DNA of 64,000 nucleotides. Origin: Eledone cirrhosa. Taxonomy: Eukaryota. This document shows positions 24,711-39,984 of this stretch, piece by piece. The number at the start of each line of letters is the position of its first letter. Position 1 is the first letter of the stretch. The position numbers and the translations under genes are program-made. A model generated the notes under the pieces. It made no database searches and had not been told where the DNA came from. It saw only the letters and a program-made list of their open reading frames with translations. The DNA lies in NCBI GenBank assembly GCA_964016885.1, contig OZ024740.1, positions 255,254,001-255,318,000 of the forward strand. Direction: 5' to 3'.

Positions 24711-27700
24711 GCTGGAACGTCATGTGAAAGACAGTCAAGAACTAATGGATGGATAAGCGAGCTGCAACTGGAGGAACTGAGCAGAGAGATTGAGTTGGAA
24801 CTGGAGAGTGGGGTATATCAGGCAAATGAGCCAGTGGGAAATGAGGGTGAAGAGGTTGAGAGACCTGAGGAAGCAACCGAAGCAGACAACGATCTGAATG
24901 TTGGAATAAATAAAATCTGGAACAAAGATACGGCCATTGAGGAAATGAATGCTGACGGGCTAGGGCAAGATGTTGTTGATATTCTGAACTTAGTGGTAGA
25001 TGAAATGAACAATGATAGTGGAAAGCCTATGAACCTAAGATTTGTAGACAGGAAAAAGATAAAAGAAACGACAGCTAAGGTAAACAGGGGCATCCCATAT
25101 CTTGAGGTGAGCAACCTTCACCAATGCAACAATATCCTTAAAGCAACCGCAAATGTGCTGAAAAAATCACTTGGGATAAAAACGAGAGGAAACAACAAAC
25201 AAGAAAGATCAGAACCTTGGTGGAAGAAACGACTGAATGGTCAAATCAAGGAAATGAGAAAAGACATCGGAAAGCTTGAGTCTTTACAGAACGGGACATT
25301 ACAAAACATAGACATTAAAGATAGATTGAAAATAAAATATAAAACTAAGGGAAAAGAGCTCAATGTTATCATAGAGGAACTGAAGCAACGCATTGTAGCA
25401 AAAAGTGCAAAGATTAGTCGCTATGAGAACAGAGTCAGTCAGTAGAGACAGAACAGCATGTTTGACAACCAGAAGATGGTATTTGAACAGATTGAAGAAG
25501 CAACGATGTGATCCCTGAGGCGGAATAGACTACGACATTCTGGAGAGGAATATGGGAGCAGGATGTTGAACATAATAGTCAGGCAGAGTGGATTGAGACA
25601 GTTCAAAAGGAGATTAGTGAACAAGCACACCAACAACATGATTTGAGTATCACAGCTGAAACTCTTAAAAGGTAGGCCAAAACACTAACCAATTGGAAAT
25701 CACCAGGCCCAGATGGTGCGCAAGGATATTGGTTAAAAAATATAACATCCCTCCACCCAAAACTAACAGCCATGGTCAATGACTGCTTGATGTCGGGTGA
25801 AGTACCAGAGTGGTTTACAAACGGTACCACAGTTCTGGTAATGAAAGACTGAATCAAGGGTAATGAGGTTACTAACTATAGGCCTGTCACATGTCTGTCC
25901 GTAATCTGGAAACTGTTAACAAGCATTGTGTCTGAGGAAATCTACTATCACCCTCACATAAACAACTTGTTACCGGACGAACAGAAAGGATGCCGAAAAA
26001 AGTCCCGTGGCACAAAAGACCAGTTACTTATTGATAAGATCGTAATAAGGAATTGCAAGGGGAGGCATACTGGTCTTGCTATGGGATGGATAGATTACAA
26101 AAAGGCATTCGACATGGTACCTCATTGTTGGATAATCAAAAGCCTAGAGATCTTCAAGGTGGCAGACATCAGACAGCTATTAAGTAAAAGTATGGAGTCC
26201 TGGGAAACAGATCTAACATCAGGTGGAGAATCTTTGGGAGGCGTGAAGATCAAGAGAGGTATCTTCCAAGGAGATAGTTCGTCTCCTTTATTGTTTGTCC
26301 TTACCCTTATACTCTTGTGCCTCATATTGCGAAAAGTGAGAGCTGGATACAAGCTGGGAAGAGGAGAACTTACCATCAACCACCTCCTCTTCATGGATGA
26401 TCTAAAACTCTTTGGGAAAAGTGAAAAGGAGTTGGATGTACTTGTTAACACTGTCCACATCAGCAATATTTATGGAATTTGGTGTTAATAAATGTGGAGT
26501 CCTAGTGATGAAGAGGGGTAAATTGAACAGAAGCAACGGAATCCAGGTACCAATAGGTGAGATGATAAAGGAAATTGACACTGAAGAGGGATATAAATAT
26601 TTAGGTGTTCTGGAGGCAGATGACATCAAGAACAAAACAAAATGAAGGAATTGATAAGATCTGAATACATAAAGAGAGTAAGGAACATACTAAAATCATA
26701 TCTAAATAGTAGGAATGTCATAGGTGCAGTAAATTCCCGAGCTGTGTCTATTATTAGGTACAGACGGCGGTGGATTGGCAGTATCGGTAGAGGGTCGGAC
26801 GGCATGCTTTGCAGCAAAGAGTTACGGCCCTTTATGGTCTGAGTTCAAATCCCGCCGAGGTTAACTTTACCTTTCATCCTTACAGGGTCGATAAAATAAA
26901 GTACCAGTAATACACTGGGTAATTTGCTGGCCTTGTGCCAAAAGTAGAAACAATTATTAGGTACAGTGCGGGAATTCTGAAATGGAATGTTACTGAACTA
27001 AAAGAAATGGATAGGAAGACTAGGAAGCTAAAAACTACCTATAGCATGTTCCACAAGAGGATTGATTTTGATAGACTCTACTTAAAGAGATCTGAAGTTG
27101 GAAGAGGTCTTATCAGCATAGAGGACTGTGTTCAGATGGAGAAAAAAAGTCTGCACAAATATGTCTGACAGTTGGGAGCCAATGTTCAAAGTTGTACTGA
27201 AGGAGAAGACAGTAGACCAAGGGATGTCCAAGGAGGACAACAACCTTCATGAAAATCCCTTCATGGCACCTTCTTTAAGAAAACAGAATTCAGAAATCCA
27301 CAGAGATGGAACTGGTTAAAAAGAGGAGACCTTGAAAAAGCTTCAGAATGAATGCTAATGGCTGCGCAAGGGCAAGCCCTCGGAGCGAAGTGGATGAAAC
27401 ACCATATTGACAAGGAGAAGGTTAGCTCACCGTGGAAAGGATCTGTGGAGAGAGAGGAGACTATGGCTCACATTGTATCCGAGTTTAAACACCTAGCTCA
27501 GACACTATAAAGGCTGGAGACATGATGTGATAGGCAGGGGATCCACTGGCTTCTATGCAAACTAAATAATTTACCACATTCTGAGAAGTGGTAAGAGCAT
27601 AAGCCAGATTCGGTGATAGAAAACGATCAGGTGAAGGTGCTATGGGATTTTAGGATACAGACGGACAAGGAGTTAGAACACAATAGGCCTGACGTGGTGG

Positions 27701-27772
27701 TTTTGGACAAGGAAAAAAGATCGTGCCTGATTGCAGATATAGCCTGTCTATTTGACACGAGAGTCAAGAAAA
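24711..27772 (+). mobile_element. R4/Dong-clade LINE (RT plus REL), decayed and 3'-truncated
   Basis: PWWKKRL, NWKSPGPDG, EQKGCR..GTKDQLLID, WIDYKKAFD, RGIFQGDS, HLLFMDDLKLF, LWDFRIQTD..NRPDVV. Confidence 0.92.
26764..26952 (+). mobile_element. SINE family 1 inserted in the R4/Dong LINE with a 14-bp TSD
   Basis: ATTATTAGGTACAG at 26750-26763 and 26953-26966. Confidence 0.95.
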
Positions 27773-27786
27773 GGAGAGGGAGAACA

Positions 27787-27925
27787 TTTATTCAACAAAG
27801 GAATATAATAATAGACACAATCCTAGGGGCTGAAAAGCAGAGAAAAATGCCCAAGACGAGAAAGCAGCCCAAAATTAGCAGCCCCTTGCATTGTGTCTAT
27901 TATTATATTCCTTTGTTGGATAAAT
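27787..27925. repeat. Foldback with about 46-bp arms at the LINE truncation point
   Basis: TTTATTCAACAAAGGAATATAATAATAGACACAAT..GGGGCTG and its reverse complement. Confidence 0.8.
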
Positions 27926-28179
27926 TTTGGAATATCTGATGTCACCGGATTCATACTGAACCCGGTCATTAAAATGTTCATAGTATAATAAATCTTTAAG
28001 GAATTACACCAGTCCAGCCTCCTGTCATTTTATAATAATTAACTCCGTACTCGCACCACCAACAACACAAACTAAGACGGGTGAGTTGCATTACGTCGAG
28101 TGCTCTCACTAATATTACATCAAGGTTGACTATACGGAATGACCAGTTCTATCCAGTGGTCAACCAACAAACCTAAATG

Positions 28180-28211
<32 letters not shown>

Positions 28212-28256
28212 CATACATACATACATACATACATACATACATACATACATACATAC

Positions 28257-28577
28257 ATGGTGGCTGCCAACTCGTTTTCGAGTACGGCCACTACTTTATA
28301 TCCATGTAGGAGAACTCCTACCGATGCGCTGAACGAGTGTGACTTTTTAGTCCAGCCAGCGACTTGAAAACTCTGGTACAAACACTACACCTGTGACAAT
28401 TATTGACACATAGTGCTAGGCCCATGGTACCATGTGACGACAAGTGCAGAGAGATCTCTAGATATAAAGCAATGCCTGTGCCGTCAAGCTTTTATCGTGA
28501 GAAAGGCACTGCACAAAGCCAGTCCCACTCTCTTAACCAAGATGATATTTACCAAAAAGAAGAACAAGTCAACATCA
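28257..28577 (-). mobile_element. Repeat K 3' part, between (CATA)n tracts
   Basis: Reverse complement of 31635-31954. Confidence 0.8.
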
Positions 28578-28659
28578 TACATACATACATACATACATAC
28601 ATACATACATACATACATACATACATACTTATTTATACTGTGTCTGCCATTGAAACGTC

Positions 28660-29754
<1,095 letters not shown>

Positions 29755-29776
29755 GGGGAGAGAGAGTGAGAGAGAT

Positions 29777-29850
<74 letters not shown>

Positions 29851-29865
29851 CGAGCGAGAGAGAGC

Positions 29866-29900
<35 letters not shown>

Positions 29901-30004
29901 CGAGAGAGAGAGAGAGCGAGAGAGAGCGAGAGAGTGAGAGAGAGAGCGCGAGAGAGAGCGAGAGAGTTCAGACAATTTGAGAAACAACTGTACGTTTAGC
30001 AAAA

Positions 30005-30358
30005 TGAGGTTTAACCGCGAGATTGACCGCCAAACAGTACTCTTAAATTCTAGGCTTAATCCTAACTTTAAAATTCTACCCTAAAAATGTATCATGCCTC
30101 TTTCTACTAGTTCTCTAACTAAACTCCCCACTAGGGTAAATAACTAATAATCATTTGGTATACGCGATGATCAGCTGGAGGTAGCGGGCTTCCCGCTAGC
30201 AGCCCCGGCGCTTGAGACAGTTAACCTTCCTGGAGTGCTTGGAAAAATAAGTTTCCCTTTCTTTCGATAGACGGAAAACGAAGGGTTGAGACGCCATTGG
30301 GCCCTGGGTGGGCTGGGAGTCCGTCACGTCACTGGTTATTGACCGCCAAACGGCTAGT
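30005..30358 (+). mobile_element. Possible non-autonomous Helitron-like element
   Basis: TTGACCGCCAAAC near both ends, CCCTAA-like repeats, terminal CTAG-T. Confidence 0.4.
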
Positions 30359-30377
30359 ATATATATTTATATATATA

Positions 30378-31062
30378 CTAGCAGTGTATCCCGGGGTTGC
30401 ACGGGTAAGAACATTGGTAATAGCACCTCCAATGAGAAACGTTTATTTGTGAGTGCCTGTTAAAATATCACGAAAATATACCGATATGAAACTTATTTTA
30501 TTTCGAAAAAATTAAGAAGTTGAAAGTACAGTTTAGCTGTCTATGTGCATTGTTCATAGAAATATTCTTTCATACTCCTCTGTTTTGGCCTTTTGGAGTA
30601 AATGTGAAAGAGAAAGTCACAGGTTAAGGTGGCAGAAGGTTCCAGTGTCATAGCAGTAAGGCGAAGGCTACTTACCTCAAAAGTTCATTCGCACTCTTTC
30701 CACTAAGTTACTCTTTCTCTCTATCCCTCTCGGTGCAGTCCCTTGCGAATTTCTCGAGTAGGCCTGGTGTAGATTTGCACCCGTCCCATCTACCCGATTC
30801 ACATTGTACGGCTTTTGGAGGAAGGAGTGACCAGCAGTAAGTTGTTCGGTATTATTACGAAAAAGTTTATCGCGCGTGAACTAACAGCTCGGGAGGAAAC
30901 TGCTTACCTCGAAGATTCATTCGCCATCGTTCCTGTCAACGCTCCGTTTACTTGGTATTTGTTGGTCTACAGTTAGCTGAATGACGCACAAAGGGTTAAT
31001 ATTTATTGGCAAGAAGATTTTTAATAATAAAAGACGGGTTAAAGCGACCTACAATGTATTTT
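30378..31062 (-). mobile_element. Non-autonomous Helitron (3' end at 30378; 5' limit uncertain)
   Basis: Minus strand CCCGTGCAACCCCGGG hairpin, short spacer, CTAG-T. Confidence 0.6.
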
Positions 31063-31101
<39 letters not shown>

Positions 31102-31110
<9 letters not shown>

Positions 31111-31230
31111 TAAACAAATAATGAATAAACAATGAAACAGTTCCTTATATTAAACAAAAAAAGTTCATTATTTTTTGTTTAATATAAGGAACTGTTTCAT
31201 TGTTTATTCATTATTTGTTTAATATTTTAT
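31102..31230. repeat. Near-perfect palindrome, about 59-bp arms
   Basis: Direct reverse-complement match; starts at a (TA)n tract. Confidence 0.9.
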
Positions 31231-31361
31231 CTTGACTCTGTATACCGTTTATCTTTCACCGAAAGTGATTTTTCATTACATCTCTTCTTTCCATGATATC
31301 CGGAATACATTGAGTTCTTCATACGGATTGGACACTACCGTAAACTCTTGGTAGATTTATC

Positions 31362-31392
<31 letters not shown>

Positions 31393-31396
<4 letters not shown>

Positions 31397-31954
31397 TCTC
31401 ATGGTCGGGTCGTTGGCGACTAAACTAGCAACCCCACCAAGGTTTCTTGGTGAGGAGGGTGACTTTGGACATCCTGCAGGACTAAAAACAAAACCTGTCA
31501 AAGGGAAAAGGAGCTCTTAAGAGTCAATGGCCATCCAAAATCACCGGGAGAGATGACCCCTTAGCCTTTGTCAAGGCAGAATTCTAGGAGAAGGAAAACT
31601 CTGATATAACACCTGCAACCCTGATGGTATCCAATGATGTTGACTTGTTCTTCTTTTTGGTAAATATTATCTTGGTTAAGAGAGTGGGATTGGCTTTGTG
31701 CAGTGCCTTTGCTCACTATAAAAGCTTCACGGCACAGGCATTGCTTTATATCTGGAGATCTCTCTGCACTTGTCGTCACATGTTACTATGGGCCCAGCAC
31801 TATGTGTCAATAATTGTCACAAGTGTAGTGTTTGTACCAGAGTTTTCAAGTCGCTAGCTGGACTAAAAAGTCACACTCGTTCAGCGCATCGGTGGGGGTT
31901 CTCCTACATTGATATGAAGTAGTGGCCATACTCCAAAACGAGTTGGCAGCCACC
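31393..31954 (+). mobile_element. Repeat K: about 560-bp non-coding RTE-derived (SINE-like) element
   Basis: Contains AAGGCA..TCTAGGAGAAGGAAAACTCTGA, which I recall from RTE 5' UTRs; three copies in the window. Confidence 0.6.
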
Positions 31955-32043
31955 ATATATATATATATATATACATATACACAGATACATATATATATAT
32001 GTGTGTATGTATGCATATATATATGTATATGTGTGTGTGTATG

Positions 32044-32137
<94 letters not shown>

Positions 32138-32499
32138 GATATATTTTTATGTGTATATTTATATATATGTATATGTGTGTATATATATGTGTGTGTGTAT
32201 ATGTGTTTGTATATATATATATATATATGTATATGTTTATATATGTGTGTGTATATGTAAATATGTATATATAAGTATATAGTCATGTAATAAACAACAT
32301 AAGGTAATTATTTCATTTACCAGTGGTTTCTTAAAAGCAAACAAATTTTGCTTTCAATCATCAGAATGAAAAAATCCTGGTTTATTTATTGACATTGGAT
32401 TTTAAAAACCTATATAAGTATATATGTATTTAAAATATGTATTTAAAAACACATATATAAATATATATGTATATATATATGTGTGTGTGTGTTGTGTGA

Positions 32500-33420
32500 A
32501 TGTAGCGAAGATAATACGCCAGCAAGGACGTGTTCGTCAGATTGTCGTAATGCAGACAATCAGACATACAGACAGATATTATAAGGGTTCGACGTAGTTT
32601 GATAACCGGCGCCTAACACCCCTTTAACAACAGAAAATTGAAAAATAAAAGCTGCAGTTAATATCTTTAGACCAGAAGGAATATATAAATGCAAGTTTGA
32701 AGTCAATCGGAGTAGAAATGTGGGTTTGTATAGACTTTTCAAAAATGATGACACACACACACACAAACAACTACAGTTATATATATATAGATATTACTAA
32801 AACAGAGAATGTCTGTTTGTCTGTCTGTCTGTCTGTCCAATCACTAAAACTCGAGAATCACCCAACCGAGTTTTTTCAAATTGTCAATGCCCTGGGGACC
32901 GCATTAGGCGATTTAGCGATCTCTGTCTATAATTCTTAGTCTTTCTCTTTTTAAATAGATACATTGATATAACGTCGCGCCTTTATAATATCTGTCTGTA
33001 TGCCTGACTGTCTGCATTACGTCATTATGACGCGATCAGTGTGTGTGTATATATGTATATATATAGTGTGTATATATATACTTATGCTAGGAAACGTCTT
33101 CACGAACCAAAGTATCGTCTTCCTGTTTTCCTTCGGTTGCAACGTTTTTCGAAATATTTACATCTGCGTTCAGAGATTGATTTTTTTAGTTTCAGAAGAT
33201 CCCGTTAACGGTGAAAGCAGCGATTCTTTGCTTAAATTTTAATATGTTATTTTAATATAGATATTCGTGTACAGATATTTTTGCATACACAAAAACAAAA
33301 TATAAACAAATAAGGCTGGCGATTACATAATCACATGCATCACTGAGAGATATTTTTGCATAGAGAAAAACAAATTATAAACAAACAAGGCCAACGATTA
33401 CATCAGTTAGTCTTAGTGTA
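32500..33420. mobile_element. Two head-to-head Helitron-like 5' ends at about 32790; the right one carries a family E HHR segment
   Basis: ATCTATATATATAA..(GT)n on the minus strand; (CTGT)n subterminal repeat on the plus strand; family E at 33090-33255. Confidence 0.55.
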
Positions 33421-33593
33421 CTTCATACTGCTTTTAGGTAGAAGATCCCGTTAAGGGTGAAATCATTATGTGGAACGATGAGAACAATTACACGCAAAGA
33501 CAAAACCACGTTTATGGTATGAATGAAGTTGTATACTAATATTCTATTTAGGACACCGAATGATTCTCAGCTTCAGAGTTAAGAATAAATAAA

Positions 33594-34140
33594 TTAGTGG
33601 AACGAAATGACACTCCGATTAGGTTTCCGGTAATCTTTAGTTATAGCATTATGTAGCAATTGATGGTAAGTACTGCGCTCCACTTGATATAGATTGCCAG
33701 TTTTGTCGGAGTAGACGTGCACGGCATTAGAAACCTTAATAGAACGATTTCTATTCTTTAGGTCCTGCTGGAAGGAATTGCTCCTATTCCGAAAGTTGAT
33801 ACTCCGTATGAGTTCCAATACATCGTTTTCGAAGTGTAGCAATGCTGGGTTACTCGAAGGGTTATTATAAGTTTTAAACCCAAATTTATCCTGTTTATTG
33901 TCCGCTTTTTCCTGATTATCGAAATAAAAGGCACGCCAACGCAGCCTTTTAAGTAACGAGTCTGTTTTCTGTATCAGGAGTTTTAAGTATGTCTTCCTGC
34001 TTGGTACGGGTATGTTCTTTGTAGAAATATTCAGATGTTGTTTCTGCATGATGAATATAAGTCAATAGAGTGCTCAACCGAGGGAGGTTGAAACACCCAC
34101 GTCCCGTAGGGCCTACATAGGGTTAACCGCCAATAGATTC
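33594..34140 (-). pseudogene. PLE ORF N-terminus (Hydra-clade-like)
   Basis: STKNIPVPSRKTYLKLLIQKT..LKRLRWRAFYF..FGFKT..FENDVL..FQQDL..SDKTGNLY. Confidence 0.85.
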
Positions 34141-34142
34141 TA

Positions 34143-35046
34143 GCAGCGTCTTTACATGTACACCCATTCTTTTCTTAACCCTTTAAGAAGGAATATGACG
34201 TCACTTTCAGCTTACATCTGGAGTCTAAAAGACAACCACGCCCAATATAGGTTACACTGAGAGATCCTAGCTATGGCTAGATCGTATAACGGAAATAAAA
34301 GACCATGTGATCTTTGCGCTGCTGAAACCCTGGAAATACTCTACGCCAATGACCACATCTAAAACAAAAAATCTGAGGCAATTTCGGCTTGTAAACATAA
34401 ATTTCATAAAGCTTTCCTGTATTACAGCCCTACATTATACCCTAACGGATAGTACGAACAATACACGGATAATTTACGTCGTGATGTGGTAGCTAAGTAT
34501 ATTCTATGTTTATACCATTACTTATTTGTATAGGTAAGTACACCTTATCCGTAAGTTTTGTGAAGGTACGTATACTTTCTTGTACGTATATTTGCTTGTA
34601 TTTGTTATAGGTGTATATATTATATTATATATACGGGTACATGTGTATATGGTTATGTGTATATGGTTATGTGTATTTTGTGTTTGTATGTGTGTATGCA
34701 CGTATGTAAGGTGTGTATATATGTACTTTGTGTTTTGGTTGACGTACGTTTAATGAACATATGTGTATTTACCTGTAGGTATGTGTGAGCGTGCGTTATA
34801 TACGTATTTATTTTGTCTTTGCGTGTAATTGTTTTCATCGTTCCACATAATGATGTATTATCTTCGGTTTTTTCCGTTCATTCAGGGAACGTCTCCACGA
34901 ACCAAAGTATCGTCTTCCTGTTTTCCTTCGGTTGCAACGTTTTTCGAAATATTTACTTCTGCGTTCACAGATTGATATTTTTAGTCTCAGAAGATCCCGT
35001 TCAGGGTGAAAGCAGCGATTCTTTGCTTAAACTTTAATCTGTTATT

Positions 35047-35050
<4 letters not shown>
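34143..35050 (+). mobile_element. PLE family E 3' end with HHR (34984-35033)
   Basis: Homologous to 11042-12420. Confidence 0.85.
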
Positions 35051-35110
<60 letters not shown>

Positions 35111-35112
<2 letters not shown>

Positions 35113-35397
35113 TAGCAGAATGGCCCTGCGTTGCTCGGGACTTGCTATAGGGTTCTTATATATTTGATATATATTTATCCTTATCGAGCCACGTGAAATA
35201 AATACGTTTGTTTATATTTTGTTATTGTGTATGCAAAAATATCTGTACGCGAATATATAATTATATATAGATATATATACTAAAATAACAGATTAAAGTT
35301 TAAGCAAAGAATCGCTGCTTTCACTCTTAACGAGATCTTCTAAAACTAAAAAAATTAATCTGTGAACGCAGAAGTAAATATTTCGAAAAACGTTACA

Positions 35398-35437
<40 letters not shown>

Positions 35438-35727
35438 TCTATATATACATATATACGCACACACACAGCGTCATAATGTCGTAATGCAGACAGCCAGACA
35501 TACAGACAGATATTATAAGGGCGCAACGTTATATCTATGTATCTATCTAAAAAGAAAGACTAAGAATTATAGAGGGAGATCGCTAAATTGCCTAATGCGG
35601 TCCCTAGGTCATTGAAAATTTGAAATTTTATTTTCTCGAAACACTCACAGAACCATAAATATTACATGTGTAAAGTTTGAAAACAATCGGTTGGGTGGTT
35701 CTCAAGTCTTAGGGAGCTGACAGACAG

Positions 35728-35735
<8 letters not shown>
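35111..35735 (-). mobile_element. Helitron-like element containing family E pLTR pieces
   Basis: 3' hairpin CCCGAGCAACGCAGGG plus CTAG at 35111; (CTGT)n 5' end; inverted match to 32795-33310. Confidence 0.65.
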
Positions 35736-35801
<66 letters not shown>

Positions 35802-35807
<6 letters not shown>

Positions 35808-36112
35808 AGAAAAAAAGAGAATCAGTGTTGCGACGATTGGAATTTATTGATTTTCCTAATGATTAGGAAAATCTGCTTCGTAGAATCAAGACGTATCTGA
35901 GGACCTTGCGATTTTCAGAGTCAGGTTCGATCATCACATCGATCGTGCCTAGAGCTGGTCGCCAGAGAAACGATTGTAATATGTCCAATAAATTCCATTC
36001 GTCGCAGCACTGATTCTCTTTTTTTTTTCTGTGATATCATACTCTGCTCTATGAGAGCATCAAGTGCTCAAACGGCCGACCGCAAATGGACGCTTTAAGC
36101 ATCCAACACCAA
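35802..36112 (+). mobile_element. Diverged family D unit with short inverted end and HHR (35890-35985)
   Basis: GACGTAT-CTGAGGA..GAAAC GATT GTA-ATATGTC; 35802-35847 is inverted at 35985-36038. Confidence 0.75.
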
Positions 36113-36159
36113 TTATATATATATATTTTTATATATATATATATATATATATACAAGAA

Positions 36160-36760
36160 AGTACGTCCTTAGAATCATTTGATAAAATATATACAGTATT
36201 TCCTCTCCCAATCAGCATAAACAACCACACAAAAAATAAATTAAACAAGGCTATAAGATTAAAAGGCACCTATGAAGAAACAATAGATAAATAAACGATA
36301 GCTATCTATCCGCGATCAACAGCCACATAATATGTACCAAGTATTTCTAATAGCCCGTGGAAATCGATTAGATATATCGCCAACCATACACAATTAGGTA
36401 CAAAATCAAAGCTAGAAGAAAAAATGTATATAAGCATACCAAAATTATGTCTATACCCCATAAGGTTTCATTCGCTTTTTGGAAATATCCAATCCAGGAT
36501 AAATTCACGATAGCTATCTATCCGCTGTTGATCGCAGATAGATAGCTATCGTTTATTTATCTATTGTTTCTTCATAGGTGCCTTTTAATCTTATAGCGTT
36601 GTTTAATTGATTTTTTTGTGTGGTTGATTATGCTGATTGGGCGAGCAAATACTATATATATTTTATCAAATGATTCTATGGACGTACTATATTGCTCTGA
36701 TTGTTGATTATTTAATTAATTAATTCGTCATTGAGCCACACCGTGATGGTTGCCAAAAAC
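36160..36760. repeat. Foldback unit N (about 165-bp arms), probable PLE terminus
   Basis: 36160-36324 versus 36524-36688; the TGCTCT..TTGAGC tail resembles those of families D, E and I. Confidence 0.75.
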
Positions 36761-36800
36761 ATATATATATATCTATGGCTCTGTCTAGTTTATGTATATG

Positions 36801-36910
<110 letters not shown>

Positions 36911-37544
36911 ATATATGTATATATATATATACTTTATATATATATATAATTTATATATATATATATATACATATAGTTTATATATATTTTTTATGGTCCA
37001 CTCACTGTATGGTTACATTATTCACAGAGCATATATATAAATAAAGCCGGTGTAAATAATGACCTAGCGTCGACCTAAGATTAAAGGGAGGTAACCATAC
37101 TTAGAATTTAATTACAGTATTAATCAAATAGTTACAGTGACCTAAATATAGTAAAAATAAAGATGAAATAAAGTAAGAAATAATAGAATGAACGGTAAGA
37201 TAAAATCTAGTTTATTAGTGGACAAGGGTGACAGCTAGGTGAAGGGGACATTAGGAGAGGTCAGAAAAACCCTGAATATTGATCTGGTCCAATGTACTCA
37301 CAGAATTGCAAGTCGGATGGAAAGTTGAGTATAGTAACTTAAAACAAGTCTTGATGTCTTTCTTCTTGATTATTCGGATGAATGTTTGTTAGTCCTAGTC
37401 ACGGCTTTCTGTCGGAGCAGAGATTACACATTTTAGAGGTTGAAACGCATTTCTTGCAGTTTGAAATACATAGATCTGACATGTGCTGTTTGTGCTCAGC
37501 CCGAGTAGCTTGAGTGCTGGATTCACCATCGCACACACATACAC

Positions 37545-37601
<57 letters not shown>

Positions 37602-39984
37602 TAAACGTATGTTTGTTTATGGGTCTTTGTATGTGTGTGCACGTATACTTGTATATACATAGATGCATACACATCTATACACACCTATACACGCGCACAC
37701 AAGCGCACGCACTATCGCTCTCCCACACACGTGCACATGCCCCCCCCCCCCACAGACCTACATACACGCACACACATTCATACATATTCGTGAATTGTTA
37801 GTTTTCTATACATGTTTGACTTTCACTTCTTCGTTCCATTATATCCCGTCACTTTTCATATTTCCTTCCTCTCTATCACCACTTTTCTCTAACAAATCTT
37901 TCGCCCATCTCGGCCTCTTACAATGTATATACAACTGTCTATTGGAAGCTATATAATGTATCGATTCTGCAAGTGATGTGCCGTAGTCGAAGTTATAAAG
38001 TGGTGATTTACGGTAGGGCGTATTTGGTTATTCGTTAGAAGAATGGTGAGATAAAGAGTGCAGTATTTACTTGATATGTACGAAAAGATTTTCAGAATGG
38101 GTGGCGGTGGAGGTGTGTGGCAGCTGTGTGGTGATGATGATGAGGTGATGGTGGAAGATAAGTATAGTATATTGTGTTGATGGTGGTGGTTGTGTGGTGA
38201 TGGTGATGGGATGGAGATGGGTGGTGGTGGGTAAGTACAGTAGTTCTTGTGGTGAAGGTGGCGGCTGTGTTGTGGCGGTAATGGTGTAGTAGTGGATGCT
38301 GGTGGTGATGTGTAAGTACAGAAGTTCTTGTGGTAGCTGTGTGGGGATTGTGATGTGGTGGTGGATAAATACAGTAGTTCATGTGGCTGTGTGGTGACGG
38401 AGATTGGGTGGTGCTGGGTGGTGGTGCTGGGTAAGTACAGTAGTTCTGTTTGCTGGTGACTCTGGTAGGTTAGTAATATTGGTGAGATGGTGTTAGGTAG
38501 TGATAGGTAATGTGTCGGTGGGTTTTAGGTGGGTAGGGAAATGTTGTAATAGTTTTAATGGTGGCGGATGAAAATAGAGGGGCAGGACTGATCGGTTGTT
38601 TGAAACTACAGAACAGTTTGTTAGTGAAATTAATGTGCAAGTAACTGAGCGTTTCACAAACACGTGCAACTTTAACGTAGTTTTCAGAGAGAATCAGCTT
38701 AAAATTCGGTGTGACAATGCTGGACATTTAAATTAAAAGTAGAACTTATTTTTGCCAGCTGAGTTGACTTGAGCAGCGTAAAATAAAGTGACATACTGAC
38801 AGATATGACGCATCGTCTGAAACCAAACTCATGATTGTGAGCCGAATACGCTAACCATTTAGCCACGCACATCCCCACCACAACAATGAAATTTAATGAA
38901 AGCTATACAAATGAAAGAGAAAAAAAAAAGCGATGGTGATTATGGTGGTGGTTGTGGGTGGTGGTGTTATATGCGAGAAAGAAAACACAGTATTTAGCTG
39001 CTTGTTTTACGTTACTCTTGCCGTATATATTAAACAGATTCTTATAAATGTGATATTGGAAGGATCATGTAATATTAAATGTGGCAGCGTTCAAATATTT
39101 AGAAAATAAAAATAAAAGGTAAAGAAAAAAATATATAATGGCTGACGTATATAAGATACATCGTAAATCATCGTCTTTTCCATATCAGTATTTATAATCA
39201 TTTCGTTTGTTTTTGTCTTTCGTTGGCCGCCATTTTAAGAGAAAGTATCTAACGAACGAACCAATGAAAAGAGTTTTGAACAAATATTCGTTTGGTTGGC
39301 AAGATGGCGTAAAAAAGAAAATGGAAAGAACAGGGCGTTGAGTGAGTGAAGGATTTGAGACTGATGCGGGAGGCCAGAAGGCCAAAGCGCTTACTGTGTA
39401 GAGGTATCGGACACTAGATGACCTCCTGGTCCCAACAATAAAAGCAACAACGCCAACAATATCGACCAAATAGCAATATCAACAACGTCATAAATAAACA
39501 AAACTACAGACGGAAGAATGATAACAATAACAATAGTTTTCAGTTACAAGAACAACAGCATCAACATCAACAACAATAACAACAATAACAACAATAACAA
39601 CAACAACAGTCATACCAATAACACAATCGACTACCATATACAGAACTATAAGGGAACAACAACAGTAGCAGCTATAAATATTACTAAAAAATAGCAACGA
39701 CTATTAACTACAGTAACATCAATAACAGCAACGACAACACTAATATATAAGAGGTGACTTTCAAAAGATAAACTTGACTGGTATCAGTTATGTTGGCATA
39801 GGGGAGGGTGTAGGAGAGGTTTGTTGGAAGGTTAGCTAAAGTGGTGGTTTTGTAAGTCACAGCACGGTCCTAGTACTTGAGGAAAGAAACACACGGGAGA
39901 TCTTTTCTCCCACACCAAACATAAAGATTGTGTTATCATAACTGGGGTGAGTTATGTTAAAAGATGAATGATATACGTATGTTG

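Noticed and set aside
37380-37520. PLE endonuclease remnant (KMCNLC on minus strand)
   Set aside because: Only one short motif; too weak to call.
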